Source of the DNA: a virus
Strand: one strand, 5' to 3'
IMG/VR virus record: IMGVR_UViG_3300013137_000011
Span: 14,803 to 78,802 of that record
Length of the DNA: 64,000 nt
A program made the position numbers and the translations under genes. Under the pieces are notes generated by a model, which did not search any database, was not told where the DNA came from, and saw nothing but the letters and a program-made list of their open reading frames with translations. Of the stretch, positions 10,149-18,795 are shown piece after piece (position 1 is the first letter of the stretch; each line of letters begins with the position of its first letter).

Positions 10149-10334
10149 ATGATAGATGAATCGAAAGTTATAGTCGCCTCCACAAAGAAAATACATGATA
10201 AATATTTCAAGGGATATGCAACATTAGTTACGTCGTGTGGATTAAGACTTCATATTGGAGAATATGCATATACAGATAAAAATTTAACTTGTAAAAACTG
10301 CATAAAAATAGTTAAAAAAGAAGGTAGAAAATAA
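10149..10334 (+). CDS. small Zn-binding protein
   Basis: H...CG...TCKNC; AGGAGG RBS. Confidence 0.6.
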   Translation: MIDESKVIVASTKKIHDKYFKGYATLVTSCGLRLHIGEYAYTDKNLTCKNCIKIVKKEGRK

Positions 10335-10585
10335 TGGCTAAAAAGAAAGAAGAAATATATGATAATATATCTCCACAAGTAAATCAAATAATGCTAACAT
10401 GTGGACATTTTGTAAATAATAAGGATGTTATCAATGATAACTTGATGGGACAATCTGTAATATGTAAATCATGTGAAAAAACAAAATTTACCGTAGGAGT
10501 AATAGCAAAAGTAATAAAAGAAGATCAAAATACTGCAACAGTAGTACTAATATCAAAAATAATAAAACCACTTAGGAGGATATAG
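10334..10585 (+). CDS. small Zn-binding protein
   Basis: TCGH...CKSC. Confidence 0.6.
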   Translation: MAKKKEEIYDNISPQVNQIMLTCGHFVNNKDVINDNLMGQSVICKSCEKTKFTVGVIAKVIKEDQNTATVVLISKIIKPLRRI

Positions 10586-10590
10586 ATAAA

Positions 10591-11088
10591 ATGGAACTAG
10601 ATGATAGAATGTTAAACCATATAGCATTAATGGCTGCAGATAGAAAAATAACTGAACTTAGAAATGGAATAAAACTAGATGATAGAGATGAGTTTATGGT
10701 TGGAAATGTCTCCGTTGCAGATTTTAAATCTATAACAGTATCTATAAAAAGAAGTAACTATAAAAGGTTATGGCTATTCTCACAAAAGAAGGGAATAACA
10801 TTATCTGAGTTAATAGATTCTATAATTGATACATTTGATGAGGATAGATATATAAAAAGAAAACTAGTAGTTCCAATTAAAGCAAGAAAACCAAATGCTA
10901 TAGATATTATAGCAAAGGTTATGTTAGATGAGGCTAAAAAACTTGCAAATTCTGGATATATATCTAATAATATATTCGTAGAGAAAAAGCTAGAAGATGA
11001 GACAATAGATGATAGCGAATTATACGATGTATTAGATGATATTTACGAATCTGATCAAGATATAATGGGGGATCTCTGTGGAGACTAG
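10591..11088 (+). CDS. RHH-like DNA-binding protein
   Basis: ITVSIKRSNYKRL...GITLSELIDSII. Confidence 0.5.
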   Translation: MELDDRMLNHIALMAADRKITELRNGIKLDDRDEFMVGNVSVADFKSITVSIKRSNYKRLWLFSQKKGITLSELIDSIIDTFDEDRYIKRKLVVPIKARKPNAIDIIAKVMLDEAKKLANSGYISNNIFVEKKLEDETIDDSELYDVLDDIYESDQDIMGDLCGD

Positions 11089-11344
11089 TAAATTTGTAGA
11101 AAAACTATTCAAAACGTCTACAAAATTATCTTCAATAATTTCTAATACAATAAAACATGTAGATTTTATAAGAATAGAAAGATCAAAAATAAAAACAAAT
11201 ACAACAACAGATCATAATATACATAAATGTTTGGTAGAGATATTAGAATCTCTTGCTCTAATTAACATATGTATAGTAAAACTTATAAATAGAACATCTA
11301 GATTAGTAAAACTAGTTAGAACGGAGGAAAATAAAAATGGGTAA
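11078..11344 (+). CDS. hypothetical protein
   Basis: Overlapping ORF in the operon. Confidence 0.5.
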   Translation: METSKFVEKLFKTSTKLSSIISNTIKHVDFIRIERSKIKTNTTTDHNIHKCLVEILESLALINICIVKLINRTSRLVKLVRTEENKNG

Positions 11345-11513
11345 GATTGTTGGACTCAGGGAGTTAAAAGAAGTAAAAACTCTGAATATGTTTCATCTTG
11401 GAATTAATGGAAATGTTTATTTAGAAGAATTATTAATAAAAATAGAATTTCTTTTTGAAATAGCATTGAAAGATAAAGTAGATTTAGATGCTCGGTGGCC
11501 TAACGCTGAATAA
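11337..11513 (+). CDS. hypothetical 58-aa protein (below the ORF-track cutoff)
   Basis: GGAGG RBS; MGKIVGLRELKEV...WPNAE. Confidence 0.55.
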   Translation: MGKIVGLRELKEVKTLNMFHLGINGNVYLEELLIKIEFLFEIALKDKVDLDARWPNAE

Positions 11514-11529
11514 GAAAGGAGGTGTAATT

Positions 11530-11814
11530 ATGGATTTCTTTAAGATGATGATTCCGTTCCTTCCCAAACTCAAGGGATTTGACTATGCAAGGGCAATGCC
11601 TTTTCTTCTTGATTCGTATTCAATCGTAACTAAAATCGATGCAAATCACGATGACGTTATCGATGGGAAGGAAAAACTCCAGGCTGCGAAGAATGAACTT
11701 CTTGAGATTCTTGAGCATTATCCAGAAATTAAGGATAAGTTTGCACTAGATCCTGAGAAGACCGAGAAGTTTATTAATTCGCTCGTCGAAACACTGAACA
11801 TCATTGTTAAGTAG
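11530..11814 (+). CDS. small protein with an EF-hand-like loop, possibly holin-related
   Basis: Perfect AAAGGAGGTG RBS; DANHDDVIDGKE loop; GKEKLQAA. Confidence 0.6.
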   Translation: MDFFKMMIPFLPKLKGFDYARAMPFLLDSYSIVTKIDANHDDVIDGKEKLQAAKNELLEILEHYPEIKDKFALDPEKTEKFINSLVETLNIIVK

Positions 11815-11820
11815 ATGATA

Positions 11821-11963
11821 AATTCTATGTGCCATCTCCATAAGAGGCTGAGAATAGTGGTAAGTCCTGTGCCAACGTGGAATAAACTAAAAGTGATTTT
11901 TACATCGCCAAAATCAACAAGTAAGTTTATCTGCAGGCATAAAGCAGGATGGCATATAGAATT
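11821..11963 (+). ncRNA. putative structured RNA
   Basis: 17-bp terminal stem aattctatgtgccatct/ggatggcatatagaatt with nested ataaact/agtttat and tgatttt/aaaatca stems. Confidence 0.45.
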
Positions 11964-12212
11964 GGAAAGGTTAACATGATAGAAATATATATAAGCATTG
12001 TACTCTTATTTTTAATGATATTCATACCAGTAGAAATAATAATTAGGAGAAAAGATAATGAACAAAAAAGTAAAAGATAGTTGCTACTGGATTGTTGAAG
12101 GTCGTGGAACTTGTTCAGATTGTGGAAATATTGGATGCGAGAATAATATAAATCAAGAAGTATTAGATTCATTAAATGAAATTATGTTTTTAGAGCGAGA
12201 GGAATTTACTTA

Positions 12213-12401
12213 ATGGATAAGATACCTGATAAATTTTGTATAATTTGCGGGAGAAAACTCACAGAAAATGATGTACTACCACTATGTAAAGAACATGAAA
12301 TTCATAGACATGAAATCAATAAAATCATTGATGATAAACTCAGGGATATTCATAAACAAGCAAGAAACTTATATGGATTCTACAAAGAAGAAATTATGTA
12401 A
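12213..12401 (+). CDS. small Zn-finger protein
   Basis: CIICG...LCKEH. Confidence 0.6.
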   Translation: MDKIPDKFCIICGRKLTENDVLPLCKEHEIHRHEINKIIDDKLRDIHKQARNLYGFYKEEIM

Positions 12402-12526
12402 TACTTGTATGAATGAAATACAGGATGGAAAATATTTATATATAGGAGAATATAAAGAACCATATTGTTCAATACTATGTATAATAAATAAAGTTAGAGA
12501 TATTAAACAAAAGGAGAATTAATATA

Positions 12527-13019
12527 ATGCTTTTTAATGAATATCAAAAATTAGCATTACGAACTGCAGGCAAATTAGAATCTTTTGAAGATAAAATTAT
12601 ACGTTTCTTTAGCATCTAATGCTTTAGATGTTCCACTTGAAGATGTAGCAAAAATAAATATATATAAACTAAAGAAAAGATATCCAAATGGATTTGAAGT
12701 AGAAAAATCTATAAATAAAGAAGAACAATATGAGACTATAGATGAAAATAAATTAATTAATTATAAGGCCTGTAAATTTAAAATGATAACAGAAATAATA
12801 TTTGATAAACTTAAAAATATCATTTATATTAAATTTAATAATATAAATCCTATATATAATGGATTAAACAATATAATAATTCCAATTAAACCAACATATA
12901 ATCTTAAAAAATTATTTGAAAACAACAACAAAGAAAGTATATTGTTTGAATCAGAAATAGTTGATCGTAAGTTAATTCTAATAAAGGAGATAAATGATAA
13001 TGCCATCAGCAATATGTAA
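12527..13019 (+). pseudogene. MazG-like NTP pyrophosphohydrolase with an internal deletion and frameshift
   Basis: MLFNEYQKLALRTA (ATG 12527) in one frame and YVSLASNALDVPLEDVAKINIYKLKKRYPNGF in another; the central ExxE...ELGD core is missing. Confidence 0.7.
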
Positions 13020-13221
13020 AGGATGTGGAAGAGCAACTAATTCTACTGTATCTAACTACTGGTGGTGTGAACCTGATAAACGACCGACAGAATGTTATTC
13101 TGCATATGTAGATGGAAAATGGGTGGAGGGATGTGCATATAATCGAATAACTGGATTTGATAAATATTTTGCAACAAAGCTGATAAATGAAGATAAAACA
13201 AAGGAGAACAAAAATGTTTAA
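12994..13221 (+). CDS. small Cys-rich protein
   Basis: CKGCG...ECY...GC; AAGGAG RBS. Confidence 0.6.
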   Translation: MIMPSAICKGCGRATNSTVSNYWWCEPDKRPTECYSAYVDGKWVEGCAYNRITGFDKYFATKLINEDKTKENKNV

Positions 13222-13531
13222 AGAAATTGCACAAGAACTTGGAGAACTTGTTGACAAGAAACAAGAGGCTTATGGAGATTCAATTACCGGATGTGGTGAG
13301 ATTCTAAAGCAACTATGCAGACATTGGAAGAAAGAAGATGGTCTATATCATATTCCAGAGTCCTTACTTATTCATCTTGCTATGTTAGTTAGAATTATAG
13401 ATAAACTTTCTAGAATATCAAGCAATCCAAATTTTGACTTAATGGGAGAGAGTCCATATAGAGATATAGCCGGATATGGATTACTTGGATATAAGTTAAT
13501 GAATCAAGTAGATAATTCTAAAAAGGAGTAA
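13214..13531 (+). CDS. nucleotide-modification-associated domain (DUF1599/Nmad1-like)
   Basis: KKQEAYGDS, RIIDKLSRI, ESPYRDIAGYGLL. Confidence 0.7.
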   Translation: MFKEIAQELGELVDKKQEAYGDSITGCGEILKQLCRHWKKEDGLYHIPESLLIHLAMLVRIIDKLSRISSNPNFDLMGESPYRDIAGYGLLGYKLMNQVDNSKKE

Positions 13532-13539
13532 TTAGTTAC

Positions 13540-13787
13540 ATGTCATTTTCATATTATGATATAGGAACATATACTTCAAGAGATGTTGATAGAGATAAAA
13601 TTTTAGAAAGATTTGAAGCATCAAAATTAGTATGTGATACTTGTGGATTTATGTTTATAACAAGATTTGACCTAAAAAAACCATAAAACGGTGTCCTTCT
13701 TGTCCAGATAAAAAAGGACTAATAGAGAGATTGTTTGAGATGTTTATGAAAGCAAAAGAGAACAATAATGATAATAGTAAAGGATGA
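13540..13787 (+). pseudogene. zinc-ribbon gene split by a -1 frameshift at an A7 run
   Basis: CDTC in frame 0 and CPSC in the -1 frame; junction CTA AAA AAA CCA TAA at 13672-13686. Confidence 0.6.
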
Positions 13788-13792
13788 TATAA

Positions 13793-14038
13793 ATGAGTGA
13801 ATTAGAAAATATATTAATTAAATCAAATTCTAATACTTTATATTATATCAATCTAATATATATAGCAAGCCATAATATATTTATAGTAGAATATGGAGAA
13901 GCCTATAGAGGTGATGAATACATCATGTTTGACAATTTAAAAGAAGCCGATGAATTTTATAATAACAGAAAATCAACATATAAAATAGATTCTCAAGATG
14001 AAATATACAATCAGGAGGTTATAGATGAAAATAGTTGA
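13793..14038 (+). CDS. hypothetical protein (WGR-like pattern)
   Basis: YYINL...VEYG...F.NLKEA. Confidence 0.5.
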   Translation: MSELENILIKSNSNTLYYINLIYIASHNIFIVEYGEAYRGDEYIMFDNLKEADEFYNNRKSTYKIDSQDEIYNQEVIDENS

Positions 14039-14642
14039 ACAATCAGTAGAAATCTTGGATGAACTCGATGGTTTAGAGATTCTCCAAAAACTAGAACTAT
14101 GTGGAAGAACTGCATATAAAAGTGAAGATAAGATAACAGAAGGATCTTCTACAACATTCATAAAAAATATAATAAAACGTAAACATGAATCAGTACTAGA
14201 ACATGTATCAATTTCAGTAAAATGTATAACTGATAGAGCAATATCTCATCAATTGGTAAGGCATAGAATCGCTTCATATACACAGGAAAGTCAAAGATTT
14301 TGTAAATATAAAGATGGTATAATTGTAATTGATTCAGGTTTTGAAGAAGATACTAGAGAAAGAAATAGATGGTTATTACTTATTTCTCTAGCAGAAGAAA
14401 TATATATTGAATATCTTGACAACGGAGTTTCTCCACAAAAAGCCAGAAAAATACTTCCTAACTGCACCAAAACAGAGATTATTATAACACAAAATTTACG
14501 TCAATGGAGACACTTCTTTAATGTAAGATGTGCCAAAGACGCCGACCCAGATATGCAAGTACTGGCAAAAATGATATTAGAAAAATTCTTAAAAAAAATT
14601 CCAGTCGTGTTTGATGATATTGAATATAGATTGAGAGAATAG
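14025..14642 (+). CDS. thyX: FAD-dependent thymidylate synthase
   Basis: HESVLEH and RHRIASYTQESQR signature; ARKILPN. Confidence 0.95.
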   Translation: MKIVEQSVEILDELDGLEILQKLELCGRTAYKSEDKITEGSSTTFIKNIIKRKHESVLEHVSISVKCITDRAISHQLVRHRIASYTQESQRFCKYKDGIIVIDSGFEEDTRERNRWLLLISLAEEIYIEYLDNGVSPQKARKILPNCTKTEIIITQNLRQWRHFFNVRCAKDADPDMQVLAKMILEKFLKKIPVVFDDIEYRLRE

Positions 14643-14700
14643 TATGCTAAAAACATATTTTTATTATTAAACAATTAATAATGATGGAGGAGACATAAAA

Positions 14701-14922
14701 ATGTATTATATAGCAAGTAAAATTACATCAATAACTAATAATGTAAAACCAGGTGATTATGTGATATATGGTGGAATTGATAATATCAAATCATGTTATA
14801 ATAATCTGCAAAAAGCAATTGAATCAATGAGGATTGCATTTTCTGAAAATGGAGATAAATTTAGAATATTCAAATTGGTTGAGGTTGATATTAATTTAGA
14901 GATAAAGGAGAAATTAATATAA
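14701..14922 (+). CDS. hypothetical protein
   Basis: GGAGG RBS. Confidence 0.6.
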   Translation: MYYIASKITSITNNVKPGDYVIYGGIDNIKSCYNNLQKAIESMRIAFSENGDKFRIFKLVEVDINLEIKEKLI

Positions 14923-14949
14923 AAGGATTTCGGCTGCAGATTCTGGAAA
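14923..14949 (+). repeat. 27-bp direct repeat, copy 1 (intergenic)
   Basis: aaggatttcggctgcagattctggaaa, identical to 17565-17591. Confidence 0.9.
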
Positions 14950-15005
14950 GTGGATGGGATGAGAAATGATGAAATTAAAATACAATTTGGTAAAGGAGAA
15001 AAACT

Positions 15006-15545
15006 TTGATTATTGGAGATTTCCATACACATATCAATGGCGGAGGAGATAGGGTGCAAAATGCTAGATTTTTAGCTAAAAAAGCAGTTGAATCTGGATT
15101 TACTCATATTGCATTAGGATGTCATGAATGGATATGTCCTATGCAATTAAAACAATTGATAGAATTTGAATTTAAAATAAAAGTAGTTAGATTTGCAGAG
15201 TGTTGGTGTGAATTCGATGATCATCTTCTTGCACTTAATATAGGTGATGCCAGATTTTATACGGAAAAATACAAACCTATAGAATGGTACATAGACTATA
15301 TTCATGGGATTGGTGGAAAAGCAGTTCTTGCACATCCTGATACACAAAAAACATTTGAAAGAGTAAAACACTTACTTGACGGAGTGGAAATAATTAATGG
15401 AAGATCCGGTGGTTATGGATATGTAAAAGATTCTGGATTACAATTATTTCAAAATAGTGACTTCCATGTATGGGAAGATGACAAAGATAGTTATGGAAAA
15501 CTACATACAATTCTCGATGATAATTGGTTTGGAATTCTAAAATAA
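15006..15545 (+). CDS. PHP-domain metal-dependent phosphoesterase
   Basis: DFHTH, CHE, VLAHP, GVEIING and SDFH motifs. Confidence 0.85.
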   Translation: MIIGDFHTHINGGGDRVQNARFLAKKAVESGFTHIALGCHEWICPMQLKQLIEFEFKIKVVRFAECWCEFDDHLLALNIGDARFYTEKYKPIEWYIDYIHGIGGKAVLAHPDTQKTFERVKHLLDGVEIINGRSGGYGYVKDSGLQLFQNSDFHVWEDDKDSYGKLHTILDDNWFGILK

Positions 15546-15558
15546 AAGGAGAAAAACA

Positions 15559-16281
15559 ATGAAACTTGTAACACCAGCAAATGATTGGAAAAATGTTATT
15601 TTGGTAGATGATGAACATAAGGAATTTGCTATTGATCTATTAGGTGATGTGGCAAAGAAACTTAATCTACCATTTACTTATGATGATAAAAACAATAAAT
15701 TATATATAGATAAACCTAGAAATGTAATTCAAAAAATAGTATCCAGTGTTGTAAACACTGTCAAAAAAGTATTTACTAAACAAGATAAATATAGAATAGA
15801 ATTTAAAATGCCCCTTCCAGAAAATCCAGTAGATCATTTAGTAGAGGGCTATTTAATATTATATTGTAATGATGTAGAATCGCTTAGAATAAGAGCTTCA
15901 AGTGGAGTAACCAGACATCAATATAAAAACCACTATTGGACTATAGGAAAATCTCCAATGCCTCCATCTAGTGAAATTGTTGGTTCTTATCAATATGCAA
16001 CATTTTGGTATAAACCAGGAAACGTATCAGCTTGTGGATCAAGATTCTATCCTATTAAGCCAGATCCAATTATAAACAAATATAATAAGAAACAAAAAAG
16101 ATCCGAAATAGGAGATCATTACGATGAAAATAATGTAGTTTCTCCAGGATCTGCAGGTTGTAATGTTGGTTTACCTAGAAAATCAACAGAAGAAAAAGGA
16201 TGGAATGATTGGAAGGCAGCTTTAGATGAAATAAACAAACTAGGGATTAATTGGATTCCTGCTGAAGTAATTTATAATTAA
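15559..16281 (+). CDS. L,D-transpeptidase (YkuD/Tlde1-like) catalytic domain; candidate lysin or cell-wall enzyme
   Basis: ASSG...SPMPP...RSEIGDH...SPGSAGC (H...SxGC catalytic motif). Confidence 0.6.
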   Translation: MKLVTPANDWKNVILVDDEHKEFAIDLLGDVAKKLNLPFTYDDKNNKLYIDKPRNVIQKIVSSVVNTVKKVFTKQDKYRIEFKMPLPENPVDHLVEGYLILYCNDVESLRIRASSGVTRHQYKNHYWTIGKSPMPPSSEIVGSYQYATFWYKPGNVSACGSRFYPIKPDPIINKYNKKQKRSEIGDHYDENNVVSPGSAGCNVGLPRKSTEEKGWNDWKAALDEINKLGINWIPAEVIYN

Positions 16282-16292
16282 CATACGAAAGG

Positions 16293-16574
16293 ATGTCTAA
16301 TATGATAGTTGCTAGAGTGCCCATTGAAACATTACAAAATTCATATTATAAAGATCAACTCAATAAACTTGAATCTTTCGTGGCTAAGAATTTTCCAAAA
16401 GAGTATAATTCTGATGACTCTTCTGTAGTTACTGCGGTTATTAGGATACTTAAAAAATTTATAGACAAAGAATCAATGTGTGAAGATATATCTGAAATAC
16501 TTTCCGAATTATCATTTATTCATGAAAATCATAAGCCGGAGGTACCCGATGCCGAAGATAGCGATAATCAATGA
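16293..16574 (+). CDS. hypothetical protein
   Basis: ORF in the operon; its 3' end crosses into the GC-rich segment. Confidence 0.55.
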   Translation: MSNMIVARVPIETLQNSYYKDQLNKLESFVAKNFPKEYNSDDSSVVTAVIRILKKFIDKESMCEDISEILSELSFIHENHKPEVPDAEDSDNQ

Positions 16575-16809
16575 GCATGAACCATGTCCCTACAATGAAC
16601 TTGGGAGCTGCACATACGACCTGTTAGCCGAGGAGGAGATTTGCGCCGGATACGACAAGTGCCTGCACCTCGAATCACTCACCGAGCACGATGCGGCGGT
16701 GTGGCGGAAGGCGATTGAGAAGATGGAGATGGCTATTCTAGGGTACGACAGGATGCTGTATTCGCATCAGGAAATTCGAACGATAGCCGCAATGCTGAAG
16801 GAGGCATAG
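16549..16809 (+). CDS. hypothetical Cys-rich protein (GC-rich segment)
   Basis: GGAGGT RBS before ATG 16549. Confidence 0.6.
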   Translation: MPKIAIINEHEPCPYNELGSCTYDLLAEEEICAGYDKCLHLESLTEHDAAVWRKAIEKMEMAILGYDRMLYSHQEIRTIAAMLKEA

Positions 16810-16813
16810 AAAA

Positions 16814-17200
16814 ATGGAAAAACTGACGGAAATGACCATCGAAGAATTTGAGGTGCTTTATACGGAACATCTCAAATGGCTGGAGGACAAGTCACAGGGG
16901 AAACGGCTTTTGTTGCGAAACGTCCTTATAAAATTCGATCTGATTGATCGGAATCTTTCGTACAGCCGCTTCGTGCGCAGCAGTTTCGAGGATAGCCGCT
17001 TCGAGCGCAGCAGTTTCGAGCGCAGCAGTTTCGAGCGCAGCAGTTTCGTGCGCAGCAGTTTCGTGCGCAGCCGCTTCGAGGATAGTAGCTTCAAGCGCAG
17101 TAGCTTCGAGGATAGCCGCTTCGAGGATAGTAGCTTCAAGCGCAGTAGCTTCGAGCGTAGTAGCTTCGTGCGTAGTACAGGCATAATCTGGATGGATTAG
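16814..17200 (+). CDS. pentapeptide-repeat protein, probably truncated at the C-terminus
   Basis: EHLKWL...GKR N-terminus typical of phage pentapeptide proteins; 14 x S[SR]F[EVK][RD]. Confidence 0.8.
   Translation: MEKLTEMTIEEFEVLYTEHLKWLEDKSQGKRLLLRNVLIKFDLIDRNLSYSRFVRSSFEDSRFERSSFERSSFERSSFVRSSFVRSRFEDSSFKRSSFEDSRFEDSSFKRSSFERSSFVRSTGIIWMD
16964..17173 (+). repeat. 15-bp coding tandem repeat, 14 copies
   Basis: agc agt ttc gag cgc-type units. Confidence 0.95.
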
Positions 17201-17261
17201 TCGCAAGGTTGAAGGAAAAGACGACCATCCGATATGTGATAAAAAAATGGGAGGCACCAAA

Positions 17262-17636
17262 ATGAATGAAGAATCGCAGGTATGTAACGAGAGAATAGAG
17301 CCAACCTGCTGCTGCTTACAGAAGCAGCTCTCCGACCTCAAAGCGCAGGTGCAGGCGCTGACGGAGGAGCGGGATAATCTGCAAAAAACATTGAGCGAAC
17401 CACCTATCGTTGTGATGCAGTCACAGGCCGTAATGTTGCAAGAAATTGAGCGATTACGGGCCAAACTAGCCGCCTACAAGAAGAGGAGGTGTGGGAATTG
17501 CGGGAATTATGGGACTGACGAGGATCATCATGAAATATGTTACGAGAGAAACGTATATACCTATAAGGATTTCGGCTGCAGATTCTGGAAAACGATGGAT
17601 GGGCGATTCAAAAGTAGTCTAAAGGAGAAAAAATGA
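17262..17636 (+). CDS. coiled-coil protein with a C-terminal Cys cluster
   Basis: GGAGG RBS; CGNC...C...C. Confidence 0.65.
   Translation: MNEESQVCNERIEPTCCCLQKQLSDLKAQVQALTEERDNLQKTLSEPPIVVMQSQAVMLQEIERLRAKLAAYKKRRCGNCGNYGTDEDHHEICYERNVYTYKDFGCRFWKTMDGRFKSSLKEKK
17565..17591 (+). repeat. 27-bp direct repeat, copy 2 (coding, KDFGCRFWK)
   Basis: Identical to 14923-14949. Confidence 0.9.
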
Positions 17637-17902
17637 ACGGAAAATACGGATATTCATTTACTAAATTAGAAGATAAGTTCATAATAAAGATATTTATGTA
17701 TGTAGTTCCAAACTACTTTAATAAATATAAAGATAGATCAAAACCAATCTTAACTATAATATCTGAACCAGAATATGAGTTTGATATGATAGATATTGCT
17801 ATAATTATAGTAAAATCATTAAATGACAAATCAATGAACTTGCCTGCAGAGAAAACTATAAATTATAGACAAGCGAAAACTATTATTAATATAGGAAAGT
17901 AG
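17633..17902 (+). CDS. hypothetical protein
   Basis: AAAGGAG RBS; ATGA overlap. Confidence 0.6.
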   Translation: MNGKYGYSFTKLEDKFIIKIFMYVVPNYFNKYKDRSKPILTIISEPEYEFDMIDIAIIIVKSLNDKSMNLPAEKTINYRQAKTIINIGK

Positions 17903-17910
17903 AGATTAAA

Positions 17911-18501
17911 ATGAGTAATATGATAAAATTTCCAGACAAAAAATACAACATTATCTATATCGACCCACCTTGGAAATATAATTTAAGAAACAATCCGAAC
18001 ACAAGATTTGGTTCAGGTATGCATATATATCCTGGAATGGAATTGCATGAAATTAAACGACTTCCAATTCAAACAATAGCGGATGAAAATTGTCTACTTT
18101 TTATGTGGACAACACCACCACAACTGATAAATCAAATATGGATTCCTGATCTGTGGGGGTTTGAGTATGTAACTAAAGCCTTCTGTTGGATAAAAATGAA
18201 CGCTAGAAACGAAAAGTATAGGTTTGGAAACGGTTACTATTGTAAATCTAATACAGAAGATTGTTATTTGTATAGAAAAGGAAAAATACAAGTAATTAAT
18301 AATTCAATATCACAAATCATAGACAAAGAATTTCCTTCAGACATTATAACTCATATTAGAGATCATAGCAGAAAGCCAGATGAAGTTAGAGATAAGATTG
18401 TTCAATTAGTTGGAGATTTACCAAGAATAGAACTTTTTGCACGAGGTCAATATCTAGGATGGGATGTATGGGGAAATCAGACATTTGAAACTATATATTA
18501 G
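17911..18501 (+). CDS. MT-A70 family adenine methyltransferase
   Basis: IYIDPPW, LFMWTT, HSRKPDE, RIELFAR, GWDVWGNQ. Confidence 0.92.
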   Translation: MSNMIKFPDKKYNIIYIDPPWKYNLRNNPNTRFGSGMHIYPGMELHEIKRLPIQTIADENCLLFMWTTPPQLINQIWIPDLWGFEYVTKAFCWIKMNARNEKYRFGNGYYCKSNTEDCYLYRKGKIQVINNSISQIIDKEFPSDIITHIRDHSRKPDEVRDKIVQLVGDLPRIELFARGQYLGWDVWGNQTFETIY

Positions 18502-18510
18502 GAGGTATAT

Positions 18511-18795
18511 ATGAGCAAAATACTTGAAACATATCAATGTACTAGGTGTAGTAAAGAATTTACGGTATTATTTCACTATGATAGAGATATGTCATTATGT
18601 CCATCTTGTGAAATGGAAAGTATCACTAATATGATTGAAGGAATGGTGAATGATAATAATAAACTATGCCTATTAGTAAATAAAGTATTTGATATGCTAT
18701 CTGACATTGAGTGGGCGACCGACGAACTTAATAAGTATGATATAATGAATGAAATAGGTAAAATAAAAACAATTATTTATACAGAAAGCAAATAA
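18511..18795 (+). CDS. zinc-ribbon protein
   Basis: YQCTRC...CPSC; AGGAGGT RBS. Confidence 0.65.
   Translation: MSKILETYQCTRCSKEFTVLFHYDRDMSLCPSCEMESITNMIEGMVNDNNKLCLLVNKVFDMLSDIEWATDELNKYDIMNEIGKIKTIIYTESK

Noticed and set aside
11821-11963. Hammerhead ribozyme or SAM-I riboswitch
   Set aside because: CTGAGAA does not match CUGANGA with GAAA, and the SAM-I core elements are absent.
16964-17173. Possible CRISPR array
   Set aside because: Contiguous 15-bp coding repeats with no spacers; the Cas4-like gene is a stand-alone phage nuclease.
16858-17464. Alternative-frame and antisense ORFs over the pentapeptide repeat
   Set aside because: Open only because the 15-bp unit lacks stops in those frames; the 16814 frame has the RBS and the typical N-terminus.
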